DNA of 64,000 nt from the human T2T-CHM13v2.0 reference genome, Homo sapiens: the NCBI RefSeq assembly GCF_009914755.1, contig NC_060941.1; one strand, given 5' to 3'. Below, one piece after another: positions 13,760-26,064 of the stretch. Position 1 is the first letter of the stretch, and the number at the start of each line of letters is the position of its first letter. A program made the position numbers and the translations under genes. The notes beneath the pieces were generated by a model that did no database searches, was not told the origin of the DNA, and saw nothing but the letters and a program-made list of their open reading frames with translations.

Positions 13760-14145
13760 TACTGTAGGGGCTCACTTTTCAAGTGAGGAAGCCTTTGTAA
13801 CACTAGAAATCATCTGCTAATTCATTTTTGGTAGATTTAACACATAATGAATTAAGTTTATTCCAAACAAACAGTGACAAAGTTAAGTTTGCTGGTTCAT
13901 ATTTTTCTCCTCCTTTCAGCTAAGACAATTTTTTTTAACTTCTTAGTTACAAGCCAGTGATTTGGGAGTAGCCAAACCTAGATGAAGAAGTTTAACAGTT
14001 AAATTTTCATTTTAATTATTTGTGAATTTTTCTTTGTTTATACCTGTTATTTAAGGACAAAGCTATTTTTAAAACATGTAGCCCAACAGAGAAGACACCC
14101 AAGAAACAAAACAAGCAAATTAATCTTCCACTTTTGCATCTGCAG

Positions 14146-14985
14146 AAAACGTCTCAAGAACCAGAAATGGCTAAGGATTGTGATAGAGAGGATATACCTA
14201 TATATCCAGTACTTCCTCATGTGCAAAAATCTGAGGAAATGCGGATTGAACAAGGCAAATTAGAGTGGAAAAACCAATTAAAACTCGTCATAAATGAGTT
14301 AAAGCAGAGGTTTGGTGAAATTTATGAAAAATACAAAATTCCGGCTTGTCCTGAGGAAGAGCCACTACTTGATAACTCTACAAGAGGAACAGATGTGAAG
14401 GATATTCCCTTTAATTTGACAAATAACATACCTGGTTGTGAGGAAGAAGATGCATCTGAAATATCTGTCTCAGTGGTATTCGAGACATTTCCTGAACAAA
14501 AAGAACCCAGTCTCAAAAATATCATCCATTCATACTACCATCCGTACTCTGGGTCCCAGGAACATGTTTGCCAGTCATCTTCTAAGCTTCATTTACATGA
14601 AAATAAATTAGACTGCGACAATGATAACAAACCAGGCATTGGACATATTTTTAGTACAGATAAGAACTTTCATAATGATGCAAGCACTAAGAAAGCAAGG
14701 AACCCAGAAGTGGTTACGGTTGAAATGAAAGAAGACCAAGAGTTTGATTTGCAAATGACAAAAAATATGAACCAAAATAGTGACAGTGGCAGTACAAATA
14801 ACTATAAAAGCCTGAAACCTAAATTAGAAAATCTGAGTTCTTTACCACCAGATTCTGACAGAACATCAGAAGTATATCTACATGAAGAATTACAGCAAGA
14901 CATGCAAAAGTTTAAGAATGAGGTCAACACATTAGAAGAAGAGTTCCTGGCTTTGAAGAAAGAAAATGTTCAACTTCATAAAGAG
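14146..14985 (+). CDS. CCDC144CP: CCDC144 large exon (840 nt, phase 0-0): [10 protein letters not shown]...VQLHKE
   Basis: ctgcag|AAA acceptor, GAG|gtaggg donor; inside 311-aa ORF 14134-15069. Confidence 0.92.
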
Positions 14986-15408
14986 GTAGGGTTTTACTTG
15001 CTGCCACTCTTTGTTTTTTCTCTCAATTATCTGGTCCATTCTGATTTTCCACTTAGGAAAAGCATATGAAAAGCATACAGTTTGGTTGTCTAAATCTGTA
15101 ATTGTGTGTAGAAACAGATGATTTCTAAGTAATAGGAGTTTAGGAAAACTTTCTCATAATCTTTGTTTCTTAATTGACCTAAGTCTCTCTGTCAGTCTTC
15201 CAAGTGGCGTATGGATTGTGAAACTCATGTAGCCATATATCATGTGACCTTCAGAACCAGGAGAGGCGTCAAGAAAATTGCTAAAGGAAATGTGATGAGC
15301 TTGAGGGCTTTTTCCTTTTACCGACTTAAAGATGAGTTGTGTCTAACAATAAGATGGGAATACAGTAGAAAGGAAGCAATGACTAAGAAGAGATATAAAA
15401 ATGTATCT

Positions 15409-15742
15409 AGCAGGCGTGGTGGCAAACACCTGTAGTCTCAGCTACTAGGGAGCCTAAGGCAGGAGGATCATTTGAGGCCAGGCATTCTGGGCCGTAGTGT
15501 GCTATGCCGATCAGGTGTTCACACTAAGTTCGGCATCAATATGGTGACCTCCTGGGAGCGGGGCACCACCAGATTTGCTAAAGAAGGGTGAACCAGCCCA
15601 GGTCGGAAATGGAGCAGGTCATAAGTAACTCCTGTGCTGATCAGTAGTGGGATCGTGCCTGTGAATAGCTACTGCATTCCAGCCTGGGCAACATAGTGAG
15701 ACCTCATCTCTTACTAAAAAAAGAAAAGAAAAGAAAAAGAAA
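15409..15742 (+). pseudogene. Full-length 7SL (SRP) RNA retropseudogene (RN7SL-type)
   Basis: Contains the 7SL S-domain absent from Alus (gctatgccgatcaggtg..cactaagttcggcatcaatatggtgacctcc..ccaggtcggaaatggagcaggtc..gtgctgatcagtagtgggatcg), A-rich tail, degenerate TSD (gtatctagc / gtatccagc). Confidence 0.93.
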
Positions 15743-17023
15743 GTATCCAGCCCTGAGAGCTGCAGCAAATATTCCTGGCCAATGAATCTGTTTATTGTGC
15801 TTTTCAGGTTTATCTGTTTAACTCAAACTGTTGGAACTTAGAATTGCATCATGACCACTTTAAATATTTTTCAACAACAAGTATATACACTTTAATATAT
15901 TTGTTAATATAACTACTCTCCACTGTTTCTGTTGAATCAGACCTTTATGTTATGTTGCTTAATAAAGTACAGTAAGTTTTGGCACATATATTTTTTCCAT
16001 GTAAGTAGCATAAATGCTCAGCCAAACACTTAGTATATGATGCCAAAGTAGAAAGCTGAGTCTTCTACATTGATTAGGGCAGGCCTCCCACCCTCCTCTA
16101 AGGCATTAAATTATTTTACCCAAGTCACACTTTTAACCTATCTGATTACTTTGCTGAATTTGTCTGATTCAGCATTATGGAATTGTACTGTCTCTTTTGG
16201 TGCCACAAAATGCTAGGTAATGGCACTTCAGGGGCTTTGGATCAATCATTTTAATCTTTTTTGGCTTTAGCCCAGTTATCAATAGAGAGTGAGCTAAAGT
16301 AGATTCTTATACTGTATATCCTCCAGCTATAAACTTTTATGGCTATTGAATGTGAAATTTGGGGAGCATCTCATTTCGAGAATTCCACCCTAGCTCAGCA
16401 GTTTCACTCTGCTTTTTGTGTTGTGCCAGACTTGTATTTCAGTAAGCACCTTCACCTTTTCGATATCCCAGGATTCAAATGAAAAAAAAAAAAAAAAAAA
16501 AGACAAAAGTTAGTGGGGGAAAAGAATAGCTTAGTGCAGAAAAGGGAAAGCTTCCTTTCTTTTCCTAAAACCCCACAGTGTTGTATCCTCTCAATCTGGC
16601 TGTTGAATATGAAAGTCAAGTGGCAAAGACAGAAGAAGACATGCTTTGTGTCTTTATCTTCTTATTTCCATGTTTGTGCCAGTCAAATGAGGTAAAAATT
16701 CATAATACATAGTGAAGGGTGGTTGGGAATAAAAGCACAAAATTAAGACGGGCCCTGGTTGAAATTTTGGGAAATTCTGTCTCATTCATTGAAACAGAAA
16801 TGAAGCTGACTTTACAAAAATGTTGATGATAAAATTATAATAATTATAATTATATGATGATAGTTCCAGATGTGATAAAATTAAAGTAAGCACCAAATAT
16901 TTTAATGACTAAAATTATAATTAAACTGAGTCAAGTGATGATGAAATCAATGAAAACAGAAAAAAGTTCTTTGTATTGAATAAAGCAATAACAATCATCC
17001 TGAACATCAAACTCTCACTCAAG

Positions 17024-17160
17024 GTTGAAGAAGAAATGGAGAAGCACAGAAGTAATAGCACAGAATTATCAGGAACCCTAACTGATGGTACTACTGTTGG
17101 CAATGATGATGATGGACTAAATCAGCAGATTCCTAGGAAGGAAAATGGAGAGCATGACAG
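17024..17160 (+). CDS. CCDC144CP: CCDC144 exon (137 nt, phase 0-2): [10 protein letters not shown]...ENGEHD
   Basis: ctcactcaag|GTT acceptor (AAG type), CAG|gtaagc donor; ORF 16976-17164. Confidence 0.88.
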
Positions 17161-17194
17161 GTAAGCCTATAGCAGCGTTTAACAGGAGACAATT

Positions 17195-17515
17195 GGTCAA
17201 GTGTGGTGGCTCACGCCTGTAATCCAGCAATTTGGGAGGCCAAGGTGGGTGAATCACCTGAGGTCAGGAGTTCAAGACCAGCCTGACCAACATGGATAAA
17301 CCCCATCTCTACTAAAAATACAAAATTAGCCAGGTGTAGTGGTGCATGCCTGTAATCCCAGTTACTCAGGAGGCTGAGGCAAGAGAATCGTTTGAACCTG
17401 GGAGGCGGGGGTTGTGGTGAGCCATGATCATGCCATTGCACTCGAGCCTGGGCAACAAGAGTAAAACTCCATTTCAAAAAAAAAAAAAAAAGCAAAAACA
17501 GAAACAAAAACAAAA
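17195..17515 (+). mobile_element. Alu (S-type) 34 nt downstream of exon donor
   Basis: 14-bp TSD aacaggagacaatt (17181-17194, 17516-17529). Confidence 0.93.
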
Positions 17516-18479
17516 AACAGGAGACAATTATGTGCTATGAAATGAATCCTAATTTGGGCTAATATTCATGATGAACAGATTTTATACTTTTACTAGGATA
17601 TTCAGCCTTCCTTGGTTATCAGAAAAATGCAAACTAACAATGAGACACCATGTTTTCCAATCATATTGATATTTTATTTAAAAAATAGGAAGTATTGGCA
17701 AATGTGAAGAAAAAGGCGTTTTCATACACTTGTTAAATGAAATTGATGAATCCTTTTTGCAGGGTAATTTAGTAGCATGTATCAAAATTTCAAATATGTC
17801 ACTTCTTTAACCTAACAACTTCACTTTTGGGACAAGATCCTACAGGAAAATATGACTTGTGTAAACACATACACATATGTGTTAAGGACATTTATTACAT
17901 GTATGTAACATACAATAGGCTAATAGGTTAAATATATATAATGTTAAGTATATATGATATATATGTTAAGGATAATTATATATGTTACATATATACTTAT
18001 GTATAAGGATATTTATTATAGCATTGTAATATCAAGAAGTTGGAGATAGTCTAAATCCTTAGCAATAAGGAAATAGTACAATTGTCATACCCAGAAAATA
18101 ATGTAGCATGCACTCATTTTAATAAAAGAAGTTGTTAGACCAGGAGTGTACTGATTATTTCACAATTAAAGTCTATTTAAAGCCTTTAGTTTGATGACAC
18201 ATCTTAAGCCAGTTTTGTTGGAATTCTCATAATATCTGCTGAGTTACAAAAGGAAGCTAGCTACATGCTACATTGACACTGTACCTTGTTAGCAACAGAA
18301 TTCTAGTTATTAAATTTTTGTTTTTTGCTGTCAATGTGTGAGTGCTGAAATACCAGATCCTCAAATTAATCTGAATATTGCCAAGGGATTGCACATGGGG
18401 ATTCATGTTCCGTGTCAGCTTTTCAATATACTGGGTAAAACTTACTAAAATACAACAGAGGATCTTAGCTCTACTGAAC

Positions 18480-18640
18480 CAAGAATTGGACAGCTCTTTT
18501 TGTAAAGAGCCAGTTAGTAAATATTTTAGGCCTTGTGAATTATAAAGGGCATAAGTGTGGCTGCATTTCAAGGAAATTTCCTTATGAAAACAGGCAGTGG
18601 GCTGGATTTGCTCCACAAGCACCAATTTGTTGATCCTTGT
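18480..18640 (+). mobile_element. MER58A-like fragment
   Basis: tgtaaagagccagttagtaaatattttaggc..aaaacaggcagtgggctggatttg. Confidence 0.65.
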
Positions 18641-19239
18641 GCTAAAACCAAGGTGCTGTTATGCAGTGAATCCTCTTTTTAAAGGTACCCTACATGCATG
18701 CCATTATCCTTTCTTTTAAAAGATAATGTATTTCAGTAGGAAACACACCATATTTTTCAACAGTAGCTTCATATAATTTAGACAAATTTGATTTACAAAA
18801 TAAGATGATTTTCTGCACTTGTCCCCTTTTATTCTTGTTATAGAATTCCATATTTTGACTATTACTTTGTATATTTGATGAGTATAAAATATTCTAGAGT
18901 TAGATGATTTTTATCAAGCAAGAAATACTTCTCCTGAAACTGTTAGTCTTCCTTGGTCTTTATGTATAAGCATGAGCAAAATGATAATCAGCTTATATAA
19001 TCTAGAAATGTTCAAGAGGTCTTTTGGTCTTATAAGTTAATGAATTTTTATTTAATACCTTCATCTGGCATTTCAAAAATGCCATATAGATATGATTTAA
19101 AAAAAACTTTTAAAGGGTAAAAATATAGCATATAGTTATATAAGAATTGAAAAATACAGCTAAACAAGAAGAAAATTAGATCATCTACAGTCATGCCCCT
19201 AGGTATGCTGGCCTTGAAAGAATGGTTTATACTCATGGA

Positions 19240-20628
19240 TTCAGATTTCTTGTCCATTCACTCTTGAGCTGATACCAGTAATTTTCACTCCCACCACTCT
19301 TCCAAGATTGTTGTTCTCAAGTTTACCATTGATTTGTAAATCTAGACATTGTTTCTTAGACCTCATTTTATTTAACCTGTCAGCAATATTGGACCCAATG
19401 GAAAACTCTCTCCTCCATAACAGTGTCTTCACTTGGCTTTCAGGATCTCACTCACTCACCTGGCTTTTCTTCCTGCCTTTCCAGTCCATCTGTCATAGTC
19501 TGTTTTGCTTTCTTCTCATATCCCACCTTTTACACATTGATATGTCCCAGGACTGATATGTCCCAGGACTCAGTCCTCAATCTTCTTTCTCATGACTTTT
19601 ACTACCTTGTGTGTGCTAATGATTTCCAAATGCGTGTCTCCAGCCTAGATCTCTCTCCTTAATTCCAGACTTCTATACCAACCTGCCTACTTGACATCTC
19701 TGTTTGATTGGTCACGAACTGTTGGGTATCACAAACTTACCAGGTCCAAGATTGGGGTACCGATATTCTTTCTCATACCTACCCCTCACATGGTCTTTCC
19801 TACTTGCATTAATGGCAACTCTTGCAGTTGCTCTGCTAGAAACTAAGGTGTCATCATTGACTCCCCTCTCTCTCTGACACCTCACATCTAATCTGTCAGC
19901 AGATCTTGTCAGGAGTACCTGAAGAATATATCCAGAAGCCAGTCATATCTTCCATTTCCAACCCACCACCATCTGCTCTCTAGATGCATGTAATAGACTG
20001 TTAATTGGTCTGTTGTTTTTTTTTTAAAGAAACCTCTTTTCATTAATCCTTAACTCAGTGGCCATACTTAAAACATAAGTCAGATGATGTCATTCTTCTG
20101 CTCAGATCCATCTGATTGCCTCCCATTTCACTCTGAGTATGTGTCAGGGTTCCTCCTCATACCTAGAAGGCAACACACAATATGCCCTGTTCTCTCTCTC
20201 ACTTAAACTTCTGTTTCTTATTCCCTTTGCTGTGCTTCAGCTACACTAAACTTCTTGCTCTTCGTTATCTATCACAGTTGCTTAAACACCCCAGGCACAC
20301 CTCTGTACTGGGCAGTTCCCTGTGTTTGGGATGCCTTTTCCTCAGATAGCCTCCTGGCTTTCTTTTTCCATTCCTTCAGTTCTTTACTTCAAAGCCCCTT
20401 TCTCAATAAGGACTTTTCTGGCCATCCTAGAATTCCCACTATCCCTCCTCTCAAACCTGTAAACATTTCATTTTCCTGCTTTAGTTTTTCTCCTTTAACA
20501 CTGTATATTTTGCCTAATCTATCTATGGTTATTGTGTTTATTTCACTCCCATGAGTAGGATGTTTGTGTGCCTAGAAAAGGGCCTAGCTTGCAATAAGTA
20601 GCTACTCAATAAATATTTATTAAATGAG
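19240..20628 (+). mobile_element. L2 element
   Basis: Pyrimidine-rich L2 motifs (cttcacttggctttcagga; ctccagcctagatctctctcc) ending ctcaataaatatttattaaatga. Confidence 0.7.
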
Positions 20629-22098
20629 CAACTGAAGTTTACCCTTCGGTGTATTGTTTTAAACATTAGATTGATTCTCAGGTAAGAAAAAAAAAAAAAG
20701 AAAAAGAAAGGTTTCACATGGGTTCATTCTAACACTTTTGCCTGGAAATTATATGCGTTTTTGGATTTTTTGGCTCTTTGTAATAAGCTACATTCTTTGT
20801 ATTAATAGTTTTCCATTTAGAGAGAAAAGCTCAATATTGTGGTTACTCACTATTTATTCTTTTACTAATAATCATGATAGTTTTACTTATGATAAAATGG
20901 ATCAAAGGAATTACATAGTTCATTGGTAATTTATAAAGAAAATTAAAATATAAGGGTGGTAAATTTAATGGACTTAAAATTGTTTCCAATTGATTATGAA
21001 CCTTCAGTATTTGAAGTTAAAAGACCAAGTTGGAATGTGTTGCTTTCTATAAGAGAGCTATGCTCATCAGGCACTCTGTATTCTGACAGAGCAGCTGTTG
21101 ATCTTACATAGGGTTGCAGGAGGAGCGGACTTGAAGCATTGGCAGACTCTCAGCGGCATAGGAGGGTTAACATCATCTGGAGAAACATGGCTATCTGAGT
21201 GAGGCTGCTGTGGGTTGGTTAACACTCCCAGGCTTGTGGATTGGAGTGAGTTTGTGTTTAATTGGCTGTCTTTCCGAAGCAAGTGGTCCACATTGATATT
21301 GGTTGGTGAGAGAGGCCAATGGTCACTGATGATTGACTGTATTTACAACTGGCTGTGGGTGGTTGCTTGTTACAAATATAGCTACTAAGTTTGAGACAAC
21401 TTTAAACTGCAGTTTTCTGTTTAAAAGTTGCCTTCCATCAACTATGTTTAAAATGAAAATGATTTCATATTCCAGAACTATAGACTTAATTTGGAAGTGT
21501 GGGTCAAGAGGAATTGTTTAATAATTGCTCTCAGGAAGATCTCTTTTTTTGATGCTTAGTCTTAACCAGAAGAATTCGCTACATAGTTAAAAAACAAGCA
21601 AACAAACAAACAAAAAGCAATTATTAATTTTGTTTCAGTTTTTAGTATTTTCAGAGACTTCTGCTAAACTCCTAATCTCCAGTGGGAAATGTTTGTCTCT
21701 TTGTTAATGTATGTAGTTATATGATAGTGATATTCTTTTTTTTATTCCTTAATCTTTTTTTGTTCACCTTCTCTTCCATGCAATGATAGTGATATAATGT
21801 GTGTTTACTTCATAAAAAAGTAATTACAATTTTCTGCTGGCAAATCCACCTTTTTATATTAAGACTAAGTACTAGACTAAATATGTGGGAAATTTACCAA
21901 ATTATTTTATTTTCAAACAAACATATAACTAATCAGAATATTGCTATTTTTGAACAATATATAATGACTATAATGACATTTAGGAATTTTAACACTAAGA
22001 TTTTTTTCTTCCCGAGACATTTCCTTGATTTCTTTCATGTAATATGTGCCTGTTATTTTTAAAACTTGGTTAATCTGTTTAAACATTATTATATTTAA

Positions 22099-22475
<377 letters not shown>

Positions 22476-22480
22476 AGCTG

Positions 22481-22781
22481 TTTTTTTTTTTCTTTTCTTT
22501 TTTCGTTGTGACAGAGTCTCACTCTGTCACCAGGCTGGAGTGCAGTGGCAATCTCAGCTCACTGCAACCTCCAGCTCCTGGCTTCAAGCGATTCTTCTGC
22601 CTCAGCCTCCCGAATAGCTGGGACTACAGGTGCGCCACCATGCCCAGCTAATTTTTGTATTTTTAGTAGAGATGGGCTTCACCATGTTGGCCAGGATGGT
22701 CTTGATCCATTGACCTCATGATCCGCCCGCCTCAGCCTCCCAAAGTGCTGGGATTACAGGTGTGAGCCACCGCACCCAGCT
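22481..22781 (-). mobile_element. Alu (Sc-like)
   Basis: Outer TSD gactccagct (22171-22180, 22782-22791) brackets both Alus. Confidence 0.9.
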
Positions 22782-23223
22782 GACTCCAGCTTTTTAGTGT
22801 GGCATTCATCTTCCATTCTTACTTTCTTTGTGTTTTACACTTTTCCTTTCAAGTTCCTAGGAAACACCTAGACTCCATGGGACTAATCTTTGTGCTGTCA
22901 TTCCATTCTCCAAGTGGAGTAGTTTTCTCTATTTTTTCCCTGGTGAGCTCCTCTTATATTTTGCCTCTTCTGTAATGACTTCCTTGTGCTAAAATATAAC
23001 TTTCCATATATCAACTCTTAAACTACACATTGTATCATAATTGCATATTACCTGGTTTTTGAGGCAGGAAATATATATTTCTTTATATGTTGTTGATAAT
23101 TCATAACTGTGTTTTTTGAATTAATGAATTGAGATGGGGAAGAATTGGAATTTTACAAAATTTTTTTTATTTGTTATCAGTAGAATTATTATAAAACATT
23201 GGCTTTTTGTAGATTTTTTAAAG

Positions 23224-23406
23224 TTGTGGTTCTGCGTTACATATGAAGGAAGTAAAGAAAAATGAAAATAAAAAATGTACCTCAAAATAATCTCTAAAAT
23301 AATCTCTGATTACACCAGTGTTTGAGAAGGCTAATTTAGTAACTTGTGGTCTGCTACAAGGAGATGATGACAGCAGTTTAAGTGAAATAGATGAGGTTGA
23401 AAGAAG
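23224..23406 (+). pseudogene. Decayed ANKRD26-like exon (183 nt) with two in-frame stops and a lost donor
   Basis: Manual translation: CGSALHMKEVKKNENKKCTSK*SLK*SLITPVFEKANLVTCGLLQGDDDSSLSEIDEVER; matches recalled ANKRD26 GPALQMKEVK...PVFGKASLLTGGLLQVDDDSSLSEIDEDEGR at the expected exon position. Confidence 0.8.
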
Positions 23407-24128
23407 TTAAAATGTATAAGTTCTTTATTTCTCTGAGAAGGAATATTCCCAGTGGTTACTTTTTCTGGAAATAGAAAATAGTGTAGTCTGCCAAAGCTAG
23501 AGAATACTCAACTATATCAATGCTGAAAGACTGATTATGATGAGGGCTGGTAACTTTGACAAGGAGCAGTTTCAATAAATAATTGCTGTGGAATCCTGAC
23601 TGTAGTGGATAAGCATAGATACCCCTTGAGGGAACCGTTATTGGGAAAGGCAACAGAGAAATGAGTGATAACTGAAGAAGAATGTGGGATTCAAGGGAAT
23701 TTTCTTTCTTTTTTATTTCAAAATAGAAGCTTTTAGAGTGTGTTTGTATGCTGCTGGGAATGATAGGGACAAGGATAACATGTTTATGAGATTTAATTTT
23801 GTATGTCTAAGTGTTTGAAAGCTCGGTTCATTATCTTTTGTAGGTTTTTAGCAAACTAATTGTCCTTAAAGTGTTTATTCATGTAGAGTTTTATGGTAAG
23901 AGTTTGTTCCTTCAGCATTGGTTCAGAAATGTAACATATTAGCATAACTGAACCTGTGAATGGTGACCTAAAATTTAAACTATCATATGCAGATTGTTTT
24001 TAATTATGAAATAATAAACATGCAAACACTTAGGCCATACTGAATAGAATTTAAACATCCCTGATGAATAGGTATGATCTGCTGAGGTACTCTAAAATGT
24101 CAGGAGTATCAACTTTACAGTTGTTTAG

Positions 24129-24534
<406 letters not shown>

Positions 24535-24929
24535 TATAAAGTTTTTTTTAAAAATATTTAATCAAGTTGACCTACAATGGATTATAAAGTTCTGAAGTAT
24601 CAAAACCATGTTTCCCTTGACCAACATTGCCATCAGCATGTATTGTGTGCTCAATGAGTATTTATTTGTTGAATGCGTGAATGAATGGGTGAATACATGA
24701 ATGAATACCTGTTGATGGATTTCATTAAAAATACTTTTTAGTTTTTTGAAAGTAGTTTTCTAAACTTGCCTCTGTATAAAGTTTTTTTATTAGAAAAAAT
24801 TGCAAGATTCTGACATTATTTATAGTTGTAGTCAGAAATGGAATGACAATGTGGGTTCATCTGCTATCATCTCTCTTTAAAACACTTGAAAATAAATGTT
24901 ACCTTCACAGCATATCATGAAGCACATGT

Positions 24930-25165
24930 TTTTGAGGCAGAATTCTTGGGTTTGAGTTCTGGATCTGCTACTGACCAGCTGTATGGGCTGAGGACAGTCA
25001 CTTGGCCCTTCTGTGCCTATTTTCTTTCTTTATAAAATTCTTAATATGTTACTGACCTCACAGAATTGTTATGAGGATTATATGAGTTTGACACATGGAC
25101 AGTGCTCAGAATGATGCACAGTACCTGCATAGTAAGTCCAGAAAAAGCTTACTAATATCATCATT
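24930..25165 (+). mobile_element. MIR
   Basis: gggtttgagttctggatctgctact..cctcacagaattgttatgaggatta MIR core. Confidence 0.7.
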
Positions 25166-25603
25166 AAAAAAGGGTTTCCCTTATATAAGAATGTGAGTAA
25201 TATTTTCCAAATAGGTTTTAGTGCCCGTAAAAGCTTGTTTTTATTGAAAAGGACAACAATGAGAAGACCCTGGTATATTTATTTTTATCACGTAATGCAG
25301 GTAACATATTTTTTTCTTTTGGTTTTACTATGAGAAATCTTGACCTAAATTTAATTCTTTGTAATTATATTAGTAGTAGTAAATTTCTTTATCCCTTAAT
25401 GTTGCTGTTTCTGTTTATAGTTTAATGTCCGTTGTAGAAAATTACTGCATTTTACATTACCTGTAAAAAAATTACCTATACACTTGATGAATAGAAGTAA
25501 CACAAATGCAGACATTTTATATGATAAAACAGTAGTGTTAGATATTCTTTGTATTTTAAATCTTTGCTATTTTTCTAAGAGGAATTGTTTTTTTTTTTTT
25601 CAG

Positions 25604-25637
25604 GCCTGCAGATAAAACATCTAATGAAAAGAACGAG
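25604..25637 (+). CDS. CCDC144CP: CCDC144 micro-exon (34 nt, phase 2-0): RPADKTSNEKNE
   Basis: T-tract cag|G acceptor, GAG|gtattg donor; bridges phases of flanking exons. Confidence 0.85.
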
Positions 25638-25922
25638 GTATTGTAAAAAAGGAAATGATCTAAAATATTGTTTTAAAAAAACAAGTTCTAAAAGGTAAAA
25701 ATGAAAAAAACAAGATGTTTTGTTGTAAGGCTGTTTGCTTAGAAAAAGTGATGAAGAAACAGTAACCGTTGATAATGGTACCTTTTAAGAACAATCTGTT
25801 GCTTTAAGAAGTACCTGTATTTTTGCTCATACAAAAAAAATGGAGAAATACCGCTTCTGTACCTTTAGTATATGCTATAAATCTTTCGAGGACATTTTGA
25901 AACAGTATTATTTATCTTATAG

Positions 25923-26064
25923 GTCAAAAACCAAATATATCCTGAGGCTGACTTTGCTGACTCAATGGAGCCATCTGAAATAGCCTCGGAGGATTGTGAA
26001 TTGTCTCACTCTGTTTATGAGAATTTTATGTTGCTGATTGAACAACTTAGAATGGAGTATAAAG
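25923..26064 (+). CDS. CCDC144CP: CCDC144 exon (142 nt, phase 0-1): VKNQIYPEADF...IEQLRMEYK
   Basis: cttatag|GTC acceptor, AAG|gtagga donor; open frame; ANKRD26-like ASEDCEL..NFMLLIEQL. Confidence 0.88.
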
